Assembly: GCA_016703125.1 (NCBI GenBank)
Contig: JADJCR010000003.1
Coordinates: 129,267-193,266 of the forward strand
Source: Micrococcales bacterium
GTDB lineage: Bacteria > Actinomycetota > Actinomycetes > S36-B12 > UBA10799
Direction: 5' to 3'
DNA length: 64,000 nt
Part shown: positions 1-11,594 of the stretch, one piece after another
Layout: every line of letters begins with the position of its first letter
How positions within the stretch are numbered: position 1 is the stretch's first letter
Notes under the pieces: generated by a model
Database searches by the model: none
What the model saw: only the letters and a program-made list of their open reading frames with translations
What the model was told of the DNA's origin: nothing
Made by a program: the position numbers and the translations under genes

Positions 1-53
1 GCTGATTGCCGAGAGGGTCACTGATCGCTGAGCACCACGTCGCCCACCCGGCA

Positions 54-1757
54 CTAGCCACCAACCACGCAGCGCTGCGGCAGCTCGAACCACCGCAAGT
101 GTTCGAACTCCGGTGACATCTGTGCAGAGGGGCTCACGTCCGGGTCCGGCCGGGCGGCCAGCACATCCACCGCCTCCTGCAGGTACCCCGCGAGGGCGGA
201 CTCCTCGGCGGTGTCCTGGTGGTGGGGGTAGGCGAGACGGCCCTGCTCGTAGCGCAGTTGGTCCAGCCGCAGCGGTGGTTCCACCGGGCCGTTGCGGTGG
301 CGCCACAAACCGGAGGCCGCATCGAACGTGTAGTCCTCGATGAGCCGGTAGCCCAGGTCGGCGATGAGTTCCACGGCTGCCACCACGTAGGCGAACACGG
401 TCTCCGAGACGAAGTAGTTGAAGTTCACCCGGACCCACCCGGGCTTGATCCCCTCACACCCCCGGGAGATCTCAGTGCGCAACTCCTCGGAGCGATCGAG
501 GTCGATGCCCAGGAGTCGGTGGCCGTATGGCCCGGCGCACGAACAACCACCGCGGGCCTGGATCCCGAAGAGGTCGTTGAGGATCGCCACCACCAGGTTG
601 TGGTGCAGATACATGCCGCCCGGCCGGCGGATCACGAAACTCACGATCGACAACCGTTCCGCCTGCGGGTTGCCGAGTACCTCGATGTCCGGATGCCTTC
701 GCCACGCGGTGATGGCTCGGCGCAGGAAGTCCTCCTCGTGGGCCCGGATGACGTCGGCACCCACGGCCTGTTTGAGTTGGAAGACGAGGCCCGCACGGAT
801 CGATTCCACGATCGCGGGCGTGCCGGCTTCCTCCCGGTGCTCGATGTCGGCGATGTAGAAGTGGTTCTCCGGGTTGACGTACTCCACGGTGCCGCCGCCC
901 ACAGCCTCGGGCACGCTGTTGTGCACCACGTCGCGACGCACGATCAGCAGTCCGGGGGTGCCGGGCCCCCCGATGAACTTGTGCGGCGAGAGGAACACCG
1001 CATCTGCGTAGGCTCCCGGCTCGGGCGGGTTCATGTCGATGTCGACGTAGGGACCCGCCGCCGCATAGTCCCAGAAGGCCAGGGCCCCATGCTCGTGCAG
1101 CAATGAGGAGATGGTCCTGGTGTCTGTCACGATGCCGGTGACGTTCGACGCGGCGCTGAACGAGCCGATCTTCAACGGCCGCTCGGCGTAGTCGACGAGC
1201 GCGGCACGCAGGCCCTGCACGTCCACGTGGCCGTCGATGTCCTCGGGAATGGTCACCACGGTCGCGATCGACTCCCGCCAGGGCAACTCGTTGCTGTGAT
1301 GCTCGTACGGACCCACGAAGACGACCGGCCGCTGCTCCGGTGGGATGTGGGCGAGCAGCCCGTACTGACGGTCGAGGTCCGCCGGGATCCGCAGATTGAG
1401 CATCCCCACGAGTTTGTTGATCGCCCCGGTGGTTCCGGACCCGCAGAAGATGACGGCCGCGTCGCGGGCGTTGACGGCCTCCCCGATGATCCGCCGGGCA
1501 TCCTCGCGAAGCCGGGTGGTCTGCAGGCCGGTGCCCGAGGACTCGGTGTGGGTATTGGCGTAGCGGGGCAGCACCTCGTCGCAGATGAAGTCCTCGATGA
1601 ACCCCAGCGCCCGGCCGCTGGCCGTGTAGTCGGCGTATGTCACGCGACGCGGACCGTACGGCCCCGGCATCACCTGGTCGTCGCCGATGACTGCGGCCCG
1701 GATCGTCTCGAGGATCGCCGGCTGGGGCAGATCCGGGTCGGCTGGCGGCAGGTCCAT
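54..1757 (-). CDS. class V aminotransferase-fold PLP-dependent enzyme (cysteine desulfurase-like), ~567 aa
   Basis: Track ORF 54..1925 trimmed to ATG 1757 (MDLPPADPD...). Motifs YADYTASGR, GSGTTGAINK and the PLP-lysine context FLSPHKFIGGPG fit the class V fold. The first 56 codons of the track ORF are not protein-like. Confidence 0.75.
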   Translation of the reverse strand: MDLPPADPDLPQPAILETIRAAVIGDDQVMPGPYGPRRVTYADYTASGRALGFIEDFICDEVLPRYANTHTESSGTGLQTTRLREDARRIIGEAVNARDAAVIFCGSGTTGAINKLVGMLNLRIPADLDRQYGLLAHIPPEQRPVVFVGPYEHHSNELPWRESIATVVTIPEDIDGHVDVQGLRAALVDYAERPLKIGSFSAASNVTGIVTDTRTISSLLHEHGALAFWDYAAAGPYVDIDMNPPEPGAYADAVFLSPHKFIGGPGTPGLLIVRRDVVHNSVPEAVGGGTVEYVNPENHFYIADIEHREEAGTPAIVESIRAGLVFQLKQAVGADVIRAHEEDFLRRAITAWRRHPDIEVLGNPQAERLSIVSFVIRRPGGMYLHHNLVVAILNDLFGIQARGGCSCAGPYGHRLLGIDLDRSEELRTEISRGCEGIKPGWVRVNFNYFVSETVFAYVVAAVELIADLGYRLIEDYTFDAASGLWRHRNGPVEPPLRLDQLRYEQGRLAYPHHQDTAEESALAGYLQEAVDVLAARPDPDVSPSAQMSPEFEHLRWFELPQRCVVGG

Positions 1758-1809
1758 GGCCGTACCGTAACTCCCAGCCCACACACAATCGCGCCCGTCG
1801 CGGGCACAA

Positions 1810-2112
1810 GTGGAACAATCGACCGTGATGAACGTCGCACCCGCCGAGTTGGAGTCCCCGGACACCGAGGTCGCCGCGGAACCTCCGTGGATCTGTCTGG
1901 TGTGGAACGACCCCATCAACCTCATGAGTTATGTGACGTATGTGTTCATGCAGTACTTCGGGTACGGCCGCGAGAAGGCCGAGTCCCTGATGTGGGACGT
2001 GCACACGAAGGGACGGGCAGTGGTCAACTCGGGCACCAGGGAACAGATGGAGCGCGACGCGACCGCGATGCACGAGTACGGGTTGTGGTCCACCGTGCAG
2101 AAGGACGACTGA
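1810..2112 (+). CDS. clpS: ATP-dependent Clp protease adaptor ClpS
   Basis: 100-aa ORF. The core WICLVWNDPINLMSYVTYVFMQYFGY...AESLMWDVHTKGRAVV is the ClpS signature. GTG start at 1810; an alternative in-frame ATG lies at 1828. Confidence 0.9.
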   Translation: MEQSTVMNVAPAELESPDTEVAAEPPWICLVWNDPINLMSYVTYVFMQYFGYGREKAESLMWDVHTKGRAVVNSGTREQMERDATAMHEYGLWSTVQKDD

Positions 2113-2639
2113 TGGGCCGCCGACGGCCGTTCTCGGTGAAGAAGGGGGAACTCGTCGCCCGCCTCAACGATCAGGAGCGCCGCGTGCTGGAGTTCGTCTG
2201 CGACGAGCTCACCTTGGTGCTCGCCGATCCCATGCCGGAGCCCGACGTCCCGGAATGGGCCCGCGAACTCGGGCTGTCCGGCGTCGGGGATGCCCGGCAG
2301 GCCCCGCGGGACCCGGTGGTGGCCCGGCTGCTGCCCGACGCCTACGACGATCCGAAAGAGGCCTCCGAGTTCCGCGGCCTGACCGAGGCGGGACTGCGCG
2401 CGACCAAGCTGGCGCACGTCTCGGTGGTGCGCGAGCAACTGCATCATGAGCCCACCGTCATCACCGACGACGTGAAGGCGTGGCTGGCCTTCTTGGCCGA
2501 CGCGCGACTGATGCTGGGCACGCGACTGGACGTCACGGAGGACGACGACCTCGTGCCCAGCGACGACCCCGAGTTCAACCTGTACCTCTACCTCGGCTAC
2601 CTGCAGCAGTCCCTGGTGGAGGAGTTGATGGGGCGCTGA
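2112..2639 (+). CDS. DUF2017-family protein (conserved ClpS partner, Rv1332-like)
   Basis: ATG 2112 overlaps the clpS stop (ATGA). This is the tail of track ORF 1227..2639 (MGRRRPFSVKKGELVARL...LYLYLGYLQQSLVEELMGR). Position next to clpS is conserved in actinobacteria as I recall. Confidence 0.7.
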   Translation: MGRRRPFSVKKGELVARLNDQERRVLEFVCDELTLVLADPMPEPDVPEWARELGLSGVGDARQAPRDPVVARLLPDAYDDPKEASEFRGLTEAGLRATKLAHVSVVREQLHHEPTVITDDVKAWLAFLADARLMLGTRLDVTEDDDLVPSDDPEFNLYLYLGYLQQSLVEELMGR

Positions 2640-2705
2640 GGGGCTGGCGCTGCCCTGTCAGGTCCGGTCGCAGTACCTGCGCCGGGGCCCCGGCACAATG
2701 GTCGG

Positions 2706-3122
2706 GTGCTGAAGATCCGCCGTGCACTCGTCGACGCGATGATCGCCCATGCCCGTAGCGACCACCCGGACGAGGCCTGCGGGGTGATCGCCGGTCCGGG
2801 GGGCAGCGACACCCCGACCCGCTTCATCCCCATGGCCAACGCAGCGCGCTCGACCACGTTCTACGAGTTCGAGTCCGGTGACCTGTTGCGCTTGTACCGG
2901 GAGATGGACGCCAACGACGAGGAGCCGGTGGTGATCTACCACTCCCACACCGCGACCGAGGCCTACCCTTCGCGCACCGACGTCAGCTACGCCTCCGAGC
3001 CGAACGCCCATTACGTGCTCGTTTCCACTCGATTGCCCGACACCGCAGAGGTGCGCAGCTACCGGATCGTGGATGCAGAGGTGACCGAGGAGGAAGTCCA
3101 GATCGTCGACTCCGTACCCTAG
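2706..3122 (+). CDS. mec: JAMM/MPN+ metalloprotease Mec (CysO-cysteine peptidase)
   Basis: EACG and HSHTATEAYPSRTD (HxH...S..D JAMM motif). It lies directly upstream of cysO-cysM, as Rv1334 does. Confidence 0.85.
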   Translation: MLKIRRALVDAMIAHARSDHPDEACGVIAGPGGSDTPTRFIPMANAARSTTFYEFESGDLLRLYREMDANDEEPVVIYHSHTATEAYPSRTDVSYASEPNAHYVLVSTRLPDTAEVRSYRIVDAEVTEEEVQIVDSVP

Positions 3123-3127
3123 TGTTC

Positions 3128-5148
<2,021 letters not shown>

Positions 5149-5152
<4 letters not shown>

Positions 5153-5895
5153 AGCTGACCGTGGTGGGGTGCACCGGCTCGTTCCCGGGGCCTGACAGCC
5201 CGGCGTCCTGCTACCTGCTCGAGCACGAGGACGCGCGTATCCTGCTGGATCTCGGCAACGGGTCGCTGGGACAGTTGCAGCGGTACGCCGACATCTACGA
5301 CATCGACGCGGTGTTCCTCTCGCACCTGCACGTGGACCACTGCATCGACCTCTGTTCCTATTACGTCGCGCGCAAGTACCACCCCGATGGGGCGGCTGCG
5401 CGCATCCCGGTCTTCGGCCCGAAAGGCACTGCCGACCGCATGGCCGCGGCGTACGGGCTGCCGCTGACTCCCGGCATGCACGACGAGTTCAACTTCGTAC
5501 GCCACGCACCAGACCCGACAGTGGTGGGGCCGTTCACGATCGAGACGGCGCGGGTCGCACACCCGGTGGAGGCCTACGCCATCAAGGTCACGGCCGGCGG
5601 GCGCTCGCTCGTCTACTCCGGGGACACCGGCCCCACCGATGCGCTGGTCGAGTTGGCCCGGGGGGCGGATCTGGCGCTGTTCGAGGCGTCCTTCGTGGAC
5701 TGCCCCGGAAACCCCGTGAACCTGCACATGACCGGCGGTCAGGCAGCCGATGCGGCGCGGCGGGCCGGCGTGGGTCGCCTGCTCCTGACGCACCTGGTTC
5801 CGTGGAACGACGCTGCCGTGGTGCGGGCGGAGGCGGCGGCGGGGTTCGACGGTGACTTGCAGCTGGCCAGCAGCGGCCTCCGGGTGGAGGTTTAG
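5149..5895 (+). CDS. MBL-fold metallo-hydrolase (Rv1339-like; that family was reported as an atypical cAMP phosphodiesterase)
   Basis: HLHVDHCID (HxHxDH) motif. GTG 5149 overlaps the murI stop. Same position as Rv1339 between murI and rph. Confidence 0.75.
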
Positions 5896-6794
5896 CCCGC
5901 CCGGCGGACGTGACGGGCCGACCTGTGGTGCAGACGTTCCATCTCGCTGCTCGGGTCGGCAAACAGGTGCTCGACGAAGACCCGGTGGAAGCCCAGGCCG
6001 GTCTCGCGCAGATCGTCCTCGCGAAGTTTCTCGGCCGTCAGGGCCTCCAGGCCCGTGTACTTGACAGCACCGTCGATCTCGATGGCCAGACCGTCCAGCA
6101 GGATGTCCACGAAGAACTGCTTGCCCGACGCCCCTCGCCGGGGCACCCCGCAGCGGGACTCGGGGAATCCCGCCACCAGCATGTGGCCGCGGTAGAACGA
6201 CTCGGCCGGGGATTCCGCGGCCGGGTCCGCCAAGCGGGTGACCGGGAGGTCGGCCCTTTCCTGCAGCAAACGCCGCACCCGCGTCCGGCACTGTTGCGAG
6301 GCCAGCGTGAACCTGTCCATGGTGCCTGCCAGAAGGGTGGCCACGGGGTCGACGACCATCAGGGCCTGCGGCAGTGGCAGATCGGCAGCTACGCCGATGG
6401 CAGCGGTGACCGGATCGACCGCCGGTCCCCACGGGGTTTCGACCGGTTCGAGCCGGCCGGCGGGTTCGATGTGGCGGTCGGGCCTGGACCTCGGTCCGGC
6501 GATCCGCGCCGGTCTTGAGGACCATGGTGCGAACCAGGGGTTGGGCAGTTCGTGGAATGCGGCTGCGGAGTCCGCGATGGCGAAGTGGTCCCTGCGGGTG
6601 ACGAGTTCAGCGGCCACCCGCTGGGCATACCGCGTGCGGTCATCACGACCTGTCTCCTGAACGTAGACCCCGCGACGCAGCCGTGACAGGGCCCCGGACT
6701 CAATGGCCTCCCGCCACTTGTGTGCCGGAAGGCCCGCAGCCAGAATCTGCGCCCTGCTGAAGGGATGGGGCCCGAGCGGATGTGGAAAGTCCAT
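5892..6794 (-). CDS. DUF559/Vsr-like endonuclease-fold protein with AbiEi-like N-terminal region
   Basis: Track ORF 5892..7019 trimmed to ATG 6794 (MDFPHPLGP...). The C-terminus FFVDILLDGLAIEIDGAVKY...REDDLRETGLGFHRV recalls DUF559 proteins. Convergent 4-nt overlap with the MBL gene. Confidence 0.55.
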   Translation of the reverse strand: MDFPHPLGPHPFSRAQILAAGLPAHKWREAIESGALSRLRRGVYVQETGRDDRTRYAQRVAAELVTRRDHFAIADSAAAFHELPNPWFAPWSSRPARIAGPRSRPDRHIEPAGRLEPVETPWGPAVDPVTAAIGVAADLPLPQALMVVDPVATLLAGTMDRFTLASQQCRTRVRRLLQERADLPVTRLADPAAESPAESFYRGHMLVAGFPESRCGVPRRGASGKQFFVDILLDGLAIEIDGAVKYTGLEALTAEKLREDDLRETGLGFHRVFVEHLFADPSSEMERLHHRSARHVRRAG

Positions 6795-6862
6795 TGATCC
6801 AGGGTGGTGGCCGCAGGGCGGGTCCGGGTGTGGCGATCGGAATCTGTGGACAGCCGGTGGCG

Positions 6863-7004
6863 ACACCACAAGTGGGCGCCGGGGGTCTGTTTCAAGATCA
6901 TTTCGCCCAGTTGTGGGCCGGATTTGGGCTGGATGTCGGAAATGACCGGCGTGCTGGGCGCCACAACTGGGCGTGGGGGCAGGCTGCGCGCCCACTTGTG
7001 GTGT
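6863..7004. repeat. nested inverted repeats in the divergent DUF559/rph intergenic region
   Basis: Outer arms 6863-6879 (acaccacaagtgggcgc) and 6988-7004 (gcgcccacttgtggtgt) are perfect 17-nt reverse complements. Inner arms 6904-6916 (cgcccagttgtgg) and 6961-6973 (ccacaactgggcg) are perfect 13-nt reverse complements. All four share the core CCACAA(G/C)TGGGCG. Confidence 0.85.
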
Positions 7005-7051
7005 GAGACGGCGGCGCACCCGTTGCCAAGTGCCTCAGTAAAGTCGGAGCC

Positions 7052-7843
7052 ATGCGTACTGACGGCCGAGCTGCCGACCAACTGCGTCCGATCCGCTTCC
7101 ACCGCGGCTGGCAGGACAACGGCGAGGGCTCCTGCCTGGTCGAGTTCGGCCGCACCCGCGTGCTGTGTGTGGCGTCGTTCGCCGCCGGGGTGCCGCGCTG
7201 GCGCCGCGACTCTGGCAAGGGGTGGATCACCGCGGAGTACGCGATGCTGCCCCGGTCCACGGACACTCGCGGCGCCCGGGAGTCCATCAAGGGCCGTCCC
7301 GGCGGCCGCACCCAGGAGATCTCCCGCCTGATCGGCCGGGCGCTGCGCGCGGCCATCGACGACTCGCTGCTCGGTGAGAACACCATCCAGGTGGACTGCG
7401 ACGTGCTGCAGGCCGACGGGGGTACCCGCACTGCAGCGATCACCGGCGCGTACCTCGCGGTGGCAGATGCCTGCGCTTGGGCCCAGGAGAAGGGACTGAT
7501 CCGCCAGTCGCCACTGCGCAACTCCGTGGCCGCGGTCAGCGTCGGGGTGGTCGACGGCGAGCCGCGCCTCGACCTGCACTACGACGACGACGTCAACGCG
7601 GACACCGACATGAACGTCGTGATGACCGGAGACGGGCGCTTCATCGAGGTGCAGGGCACGGCCGAGGGGGAGCCCTTCGAGAAGGCCACCCTGGATGCAC
7701 TGCTCGACCTCGCGGTTGCCGGTTGCGCCGAACTCACGGGACTGCAGGAAAAGGCCCTGGCTACCGAGGGCCCACGCCCCGGGCGCCTGCTCGACGGCGG
7801 CCCGGCCGTGGTGAGCGACGGTGCCGCCCCGGGCGGGTCCTGA
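7052..7843 (+). CDS. rph: ribonuclease PH
   Basis: [16 protein letters not shown]...[14 protein letters not shown]...[23 protein letters not shown] lies 4 nt upstream of the ATG. Confidence 0.92.
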   Translation: MRTDGRAADQLRPIRFHRGWQDNGEGSCLVEFGRTRVLCVASFAAGVPRWRRDSGKGWITAEYAMLPRSTDTRGARESIKGRPGGRTQEISRLIGRALRAAIDDSLLGENTIQVDCDVLQADGGTRTAAITGAYLAVADACAWAQEKGLIRQSPLRNSVAAVSVGVVDGEPRLDLHYDDDVNADTDMNVVMTGDGRFIEVQGTAEGEPFEKATLDALLDLAVAGCAELTGLQEKALATEGPRPGRLLDGGPAVVSDGAAPGGS

Positions 7844-8457
7844 TGACGTGGGTCCTCGCCACTCGCAACCGCGGCAAACTCGCGGAACTATCGGTCATCC
7901 TCGCTGATGCCGGGTTGCACGACGAGGTCCTCGACCTCGACGACGTGCATGTCCCCGACACCCGGGAGACCGGGGTCACCTTCGACGAGAACGCGCTGCT
8001 CAAGGCCCGGGAGGTCGTCGCCGGTACGGGGCTGCCGGCCATCGCCGACGATTCCGGGCTGGCAGTGGACGTCCTGGGGGGAGCGCCGGGCGTGTTCTCC
8101 GCGCGGTGGTGCGGGCGCCACGGTGACGATGCGGCGAACCTTCGTCTGCTGCTCGCGCAGTTGGCGGATGTACCTTCTGAACACCGCACCGCGCGGTTCG
8201 TGTGCGCGGCGGTGGCTGTCTGGCCCGACGGCCGGGAGGTGGTGGAGCGCGGGGAGCTCCACGGGACGCTGACCTTCGCCCCCCGTGGCAGCAACGGGTT
8301 CGGCTACGATCCGGTCTTCGAGGTGCAGACCCCGGCGGGACCGCGCACGACCGCTGAACTCGACGCGGAACACAAACACGCGATCAGCCACCGCGGTCGG
8401 GCGTTCCGGGCGCTGGTGACGCGTCACCTGGTCGCAGGTGCGGCGCCGCCCATTTAG
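7843..8457 (+). CDS. rdgB: RdgB/HAM1 non-canonical purine NTP pyrophosphatase
   Basis: Tail of track ORF 7477..8457. ATG 7843 overlaps the rph stop. LATRNRGKLAEL..., GFGYDPVF, HKHAISHRGRA motifs. Confidence 0.9.
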   Translation: MTWVLATRNRGKLAELSVILADAGLHDEVLDLDDVHVPDTRETGVTFDENALLKAREVVAGTGLPAIADDSGLAVDVLGGAPGVFSARWCGRHGDDAANLRLLLAQLADVPSEHRTARFVCAAVAVWPDGREVVERGELHGTLTFAPRGSNGFGYDPVFEVQTPAGPRTTAELDAEHKHAISHRGRAFRALVTRHLVAGAAPPI

Positions 8458-8466
8458 GGTGGCTGC

Positions 8467-10404
8467 ATGACACTCAACCTGCAATGGCAGGACCACGGCG
8501 TGCGGCCGCAGGACGACTTCTACCGGCACTGGCTGGGTCGGTGGCTCGACACCTTCGAGATCCCCGCGGACAAGGCGGAGTTCGCCTCGTTCACGGATCT
8601 GCATGACACCGCCCAGGAGCAACTCAAGGCCATCATCGAGGACCTGTCTGCGCAGCAACCCGACCCGGGCACCAACGCCGGCCGGATCGCGCTGCTGTTC
8701 AACGCCTTCATGGACACCGACGAGATCGACCGAGTGGGACTGGATGCGATCGCGGACCTGTTCGCGCAGGTCGACGCCCTGGTCTCCACCGCCGAGTTGC
8801 CTGCCCTGTTCGGCCGGCTGGAACGGCTGGGGGTCGGCTCGCCGCTGGGCGGTGCGGTGCACCAGGACAACCGGGACTCCAGCCGCTACGTCCTGGACAT
8901 GTGGCAGAGCGGGCTGGGCATGCCGGACCGCGACTACTACCTGGAGGAGACCTTCACGTCGCAGCGGGAGGCCTACCGCGAGCACGTGGCGGCCATGCTG
9001 CAGCGCTGCGGTCTGGGTGGTGGCGAGGATGCAGACCGCATCGTGACGCTGGAGACCAGGCTGGCGCAGGGCCATTGGACCCAGGTCGCCAACCGCGATC
9101 CGGTGCGGACCTACAACCAGTACCGGCTCGGGGAGTTGAGCGACCTGACGCCGGGCTACGACTGGGGTGCCTACCTCGACGCCATCGGCGTGACGGGTCG
9201 CATCGAGACCCTGAACATCGCACAGCCCGACTACGCCCAGGCCTGTGCGCGCTTGCTCGATGAGGTCGACCTGGCCGATTGGCGGCCCTACCTGCGCTGG
9301 CGGATCCTGAACTCGTTCACCGGGCTGCTGTCCGAGGAAACGGTCCAGGCCTCGTTCGAGTTCTACGGCAAGGTCCTGCGGGGGGTTCCGCAGATGCGGC
9401 CCCGCTGGAAGCGCGGAGTGGACCTGGTGGAAGGCATGGTCGGCGAGGCGCTCGGCCAGGAGTACGTGGGCCGCCACTTCCCGCCGGAGAACAAGGCCCG
9501 CATGGTCGAACTGGTGGACAACCTGCTGGCGGCGTTCGAGGTGTCCATCGATGGCCTGGCCTGGATGACGGAGCAGACGAAGCAGGAGGCCCACGCCAAA
9601 CTCAAGCGCTTCACGGCCAAGATCGGCTACCCGGAGGTCTGGAAGGACTACTCCGACATGGACTTGGTGCCCGGGCAGTTGATTGCGTCGGTACGGGCGG
9701 CCCGGGAGTGGCACCACGACTACGAGGTGAACAAGCTCGGCGGCCCGGTCGACCGCCACGAGTGGCACATGAACCCGCAGACGGTCAACGCCTACTACAA
9801 CCCCGAGATGAACGAGATCGTCTTCCCGGCAGCGATACTGCAGCCGCCGTTCTTCACCATGGCCGCCGACGACGCCGTCAACTACGGCGCCATCGGGGCG
9901 GTCATCGGCCACGAGATCTCGCACGGCTTTGACGACCAGGGCTCGCAGTTCGACGGGGACGGCAACCTGCGCAACTGGTGGACCGACGCCGACGACGAGG
10001 CGTTCTCCGACCGCACCCGGGCGCTCATCGACCAGTACGCAGCGTACGAACCGGTCGATGGTCACACACTCAACGGTGAGTTGACGCTGGGGGAGAACAT
10101 CGCCGACGTGTCGGGGCTTGCCGTTGCGTACCGGGCCTACCAACTCTCGCTGGGTGGGCGACCCGCGCCGGTCGTTGACGGGCTGACGGGGCAGCAGCGG
10201 TTCTTCGTCGGCTTCACCCACGTATGGCGGGCCAAGACCCGTCCGGAGGAGACTGTCCGCCGGATCACGATCGACCCGCATTCCCCGCCCGAGTACCGGG
10301 TGTTCGGGACGCTGGTCAACACCGACGCCTTCTTCGACGCCTTCGATGTCAAACTCGGCGACGGCATGTGGCGCGAACCCTCCGACCGTGTGCGGATCTG
10401 GTGA
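8467..10404 (+). CDS. M13-family zinc metallopeptidase (PepO/neprilysin-like)
   Basis: 645 aa. HEISHGFDD (HExxH) and GENIADVSGL motifs. C-terminal ...REPSDRVRIW is typical of M13. Confidence 0.85.
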   Translation: MTLNLQWQDHGVRPQDDFYRHWLGRWLDTFEIPADKAEFASFTDLHDTAQEQLKAIIEDLSAQQPDPGTNAGRIALLFNAFMDTDEIDRVGLDAIADLFAQVDALVSTAELPALFGRLERLGVGSPLGGAVHQDNRDSSRYVLDMWQSGLGMPDRDYYLEETFTSQREAYREHVAAMLQRCGLGGGEDADRIVTLETRLAQGHWTQVANRDPVRTYNQYRLGELSDLTPGYDWGAYLDAIGVTGRIETLNIAQPDYAQACARLLDEVDLADWRPYLRWRILNSFTGLLSEETVQASFEFYGKVLRGVPQMRPRWKRGVDLVEGMVGEALGQEYVGRHFPPENKARMVELVDNLLAAFEVSIDGLAWMTEQTKQEAHAKLKRFTAKIGYPEVWKDYSDMDLVPGQLIASVRAAREWHHDYEVNKLGGPVDRHEWHMNPQTVNAYYNPEMNEIVFPAAILQPPFFTMAADDAVNYGAIGAVIGHEISHGFDDQGSQFDGDGNLRNWWTDADDEAFSDRTRALIDQYAAYEPVDGHTLNGELTLGENIADVSGLAVAYRAYQLSLGGRPAPVVDGLTGQQRFFVGFTHVWRAKTRPEETVRRITIDPHSPPEYRVFGTLVNTDAFFDAFDVKLGDGMWREPSDRVRIW

Positions 10405-11558
10405 GCGAGGACGACGACGCGTTCTACGAGCCGTGGCGCGACCCCGACCGGGACTACGCGGCCACGCCGCCCCCCACCTCCCACACCGGCGCCGCCGGCC
10501 GTGTGGAGAACGTGGTCCTGGGGGTCGGGCGGCTGGTGGACAGGGCGCAGTCCCGGTTCGCGCCGGTGGCCTTCGGGTACGCGGTCTTCAAGAAGTACGC
10601 CGACGACGAGGGCAGCCGGCTGGCGGCGCTGCTGGCCTACTACTTCTTCCTGAGCATCTTCCCGCTGGCCATCGGTGGTTATGCCATCCTGCGCACCATC
10701 GCGGACAACAACCCCGACCTCATCAACCAGCTGGTCGAGCAGGTCGTGCCACCGGAGTACCAGGAGCAGATCATTGCCTCCTACGACACGCTGCCCAGCG
10801 GCGGGGCGGCGCTGGCGATCGCGCTCATCGGTCTTCTCATCGCCGGTACCGGGGGCGCATTCGCGCTCTATGCCATGGTCAACCAGGTCTTCTGCGTGCC
10901 GTACCGCTTCCGTTACGGTTTCGGCCCACGTTACCTGCGGGTCCTGCTGACGCTGCTGCTCATCGGGATCGGGGTGGTCGTCATCGCCGGCACATCCCTG
11001 CTGATCGGGCAGTACGTCCCCGGCAGCTTGCAGGGACTGGCCAGTTCGGTGATCACGTTCGCGGTGGTGGCGGGGATTCTGTTCGCCGCGCCCAAGATCC
11101 TGACACGTCGGCACGTGCACTCCGCGGAAGTCGTCGTCGGGGCTGTGGCCGGTGCGCTCGTGTTTACCGCGATCCTGGCGCTGGCCGGCTTCATCACCGG
11201 CCGGACGCTCGCCAATTCCTCGGCCATATACGGCGCGATGACGACGGTGGTGGCCTTCATCTCGGTGCTGTTCCTGGCGTCCAACGCGATCGTCTTCTGC
11301 TACGAGGCCTCCGTGGTCTGGGCGTGGCGCCTGTGGCCGCGCGGCGTCGACATCAACAACCTGTTCCCAGCAGACGAGCGGGCGTACGCATTGTTGTCGC
11401 TGATGGACGAGCGGATGCCCTCGCAGCGCAACGGCATCTACTTCGACGCCCACGGGCATGAGGACGACCGGCGGCCGGAGCTGGAGGCGTTGATGCGCCG
11501 CCCGGAGGGTGTGCCGCGATCACCGTACGACGTGCCGCCGGACGATTCCGAGGGGTAA
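10401..11558 (+). CDS. YihY/BrkB-family membrane protein
   Basis: GTG 10401 overlaps the peptidase stop (GTGA). FKKYADDEGSRLAALLAYYFFLSIFPL signature followed by several hydrophobic segments. Confidence 0.8.
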   Translation: MSEDDDAFYEPWRDPDRDYAATPPPTSHTGAAGRVENVVLGVGRLVDRAQSRFAPVAFGYAVFKKYADDEGSRLAALLAYYFFLSIFPLAIGGYAILRTIADNNPDLINQLVEQVVPPEYQEQIIASYDTLPSGGAALAIALIGLLIAGTGGAFALYAMVNQVFCVPYRFRYGFGPRYLRVLLTLLLIGIGVVVIAGTSLLIGQYVPGSLQGLASSVITFAVVAGILFAAPKILTRRHVHSAEVVVGAVAGALVFTAILALAGFITGRTLANSSAIYGAMTTVVAFISVLFLASNAIVFCYEASVVWAWRLWPRGVDINNLFPADERAYALLSLMDERMPSQRNGIYFDAHGHEDDRRPELEALMRRPEGVPRSPYDVPPDDSEG

Positions 11559-11594
11559 CCGCAGCCGTCGCAGCGGCGCGCCCGAAGCAGGGCG

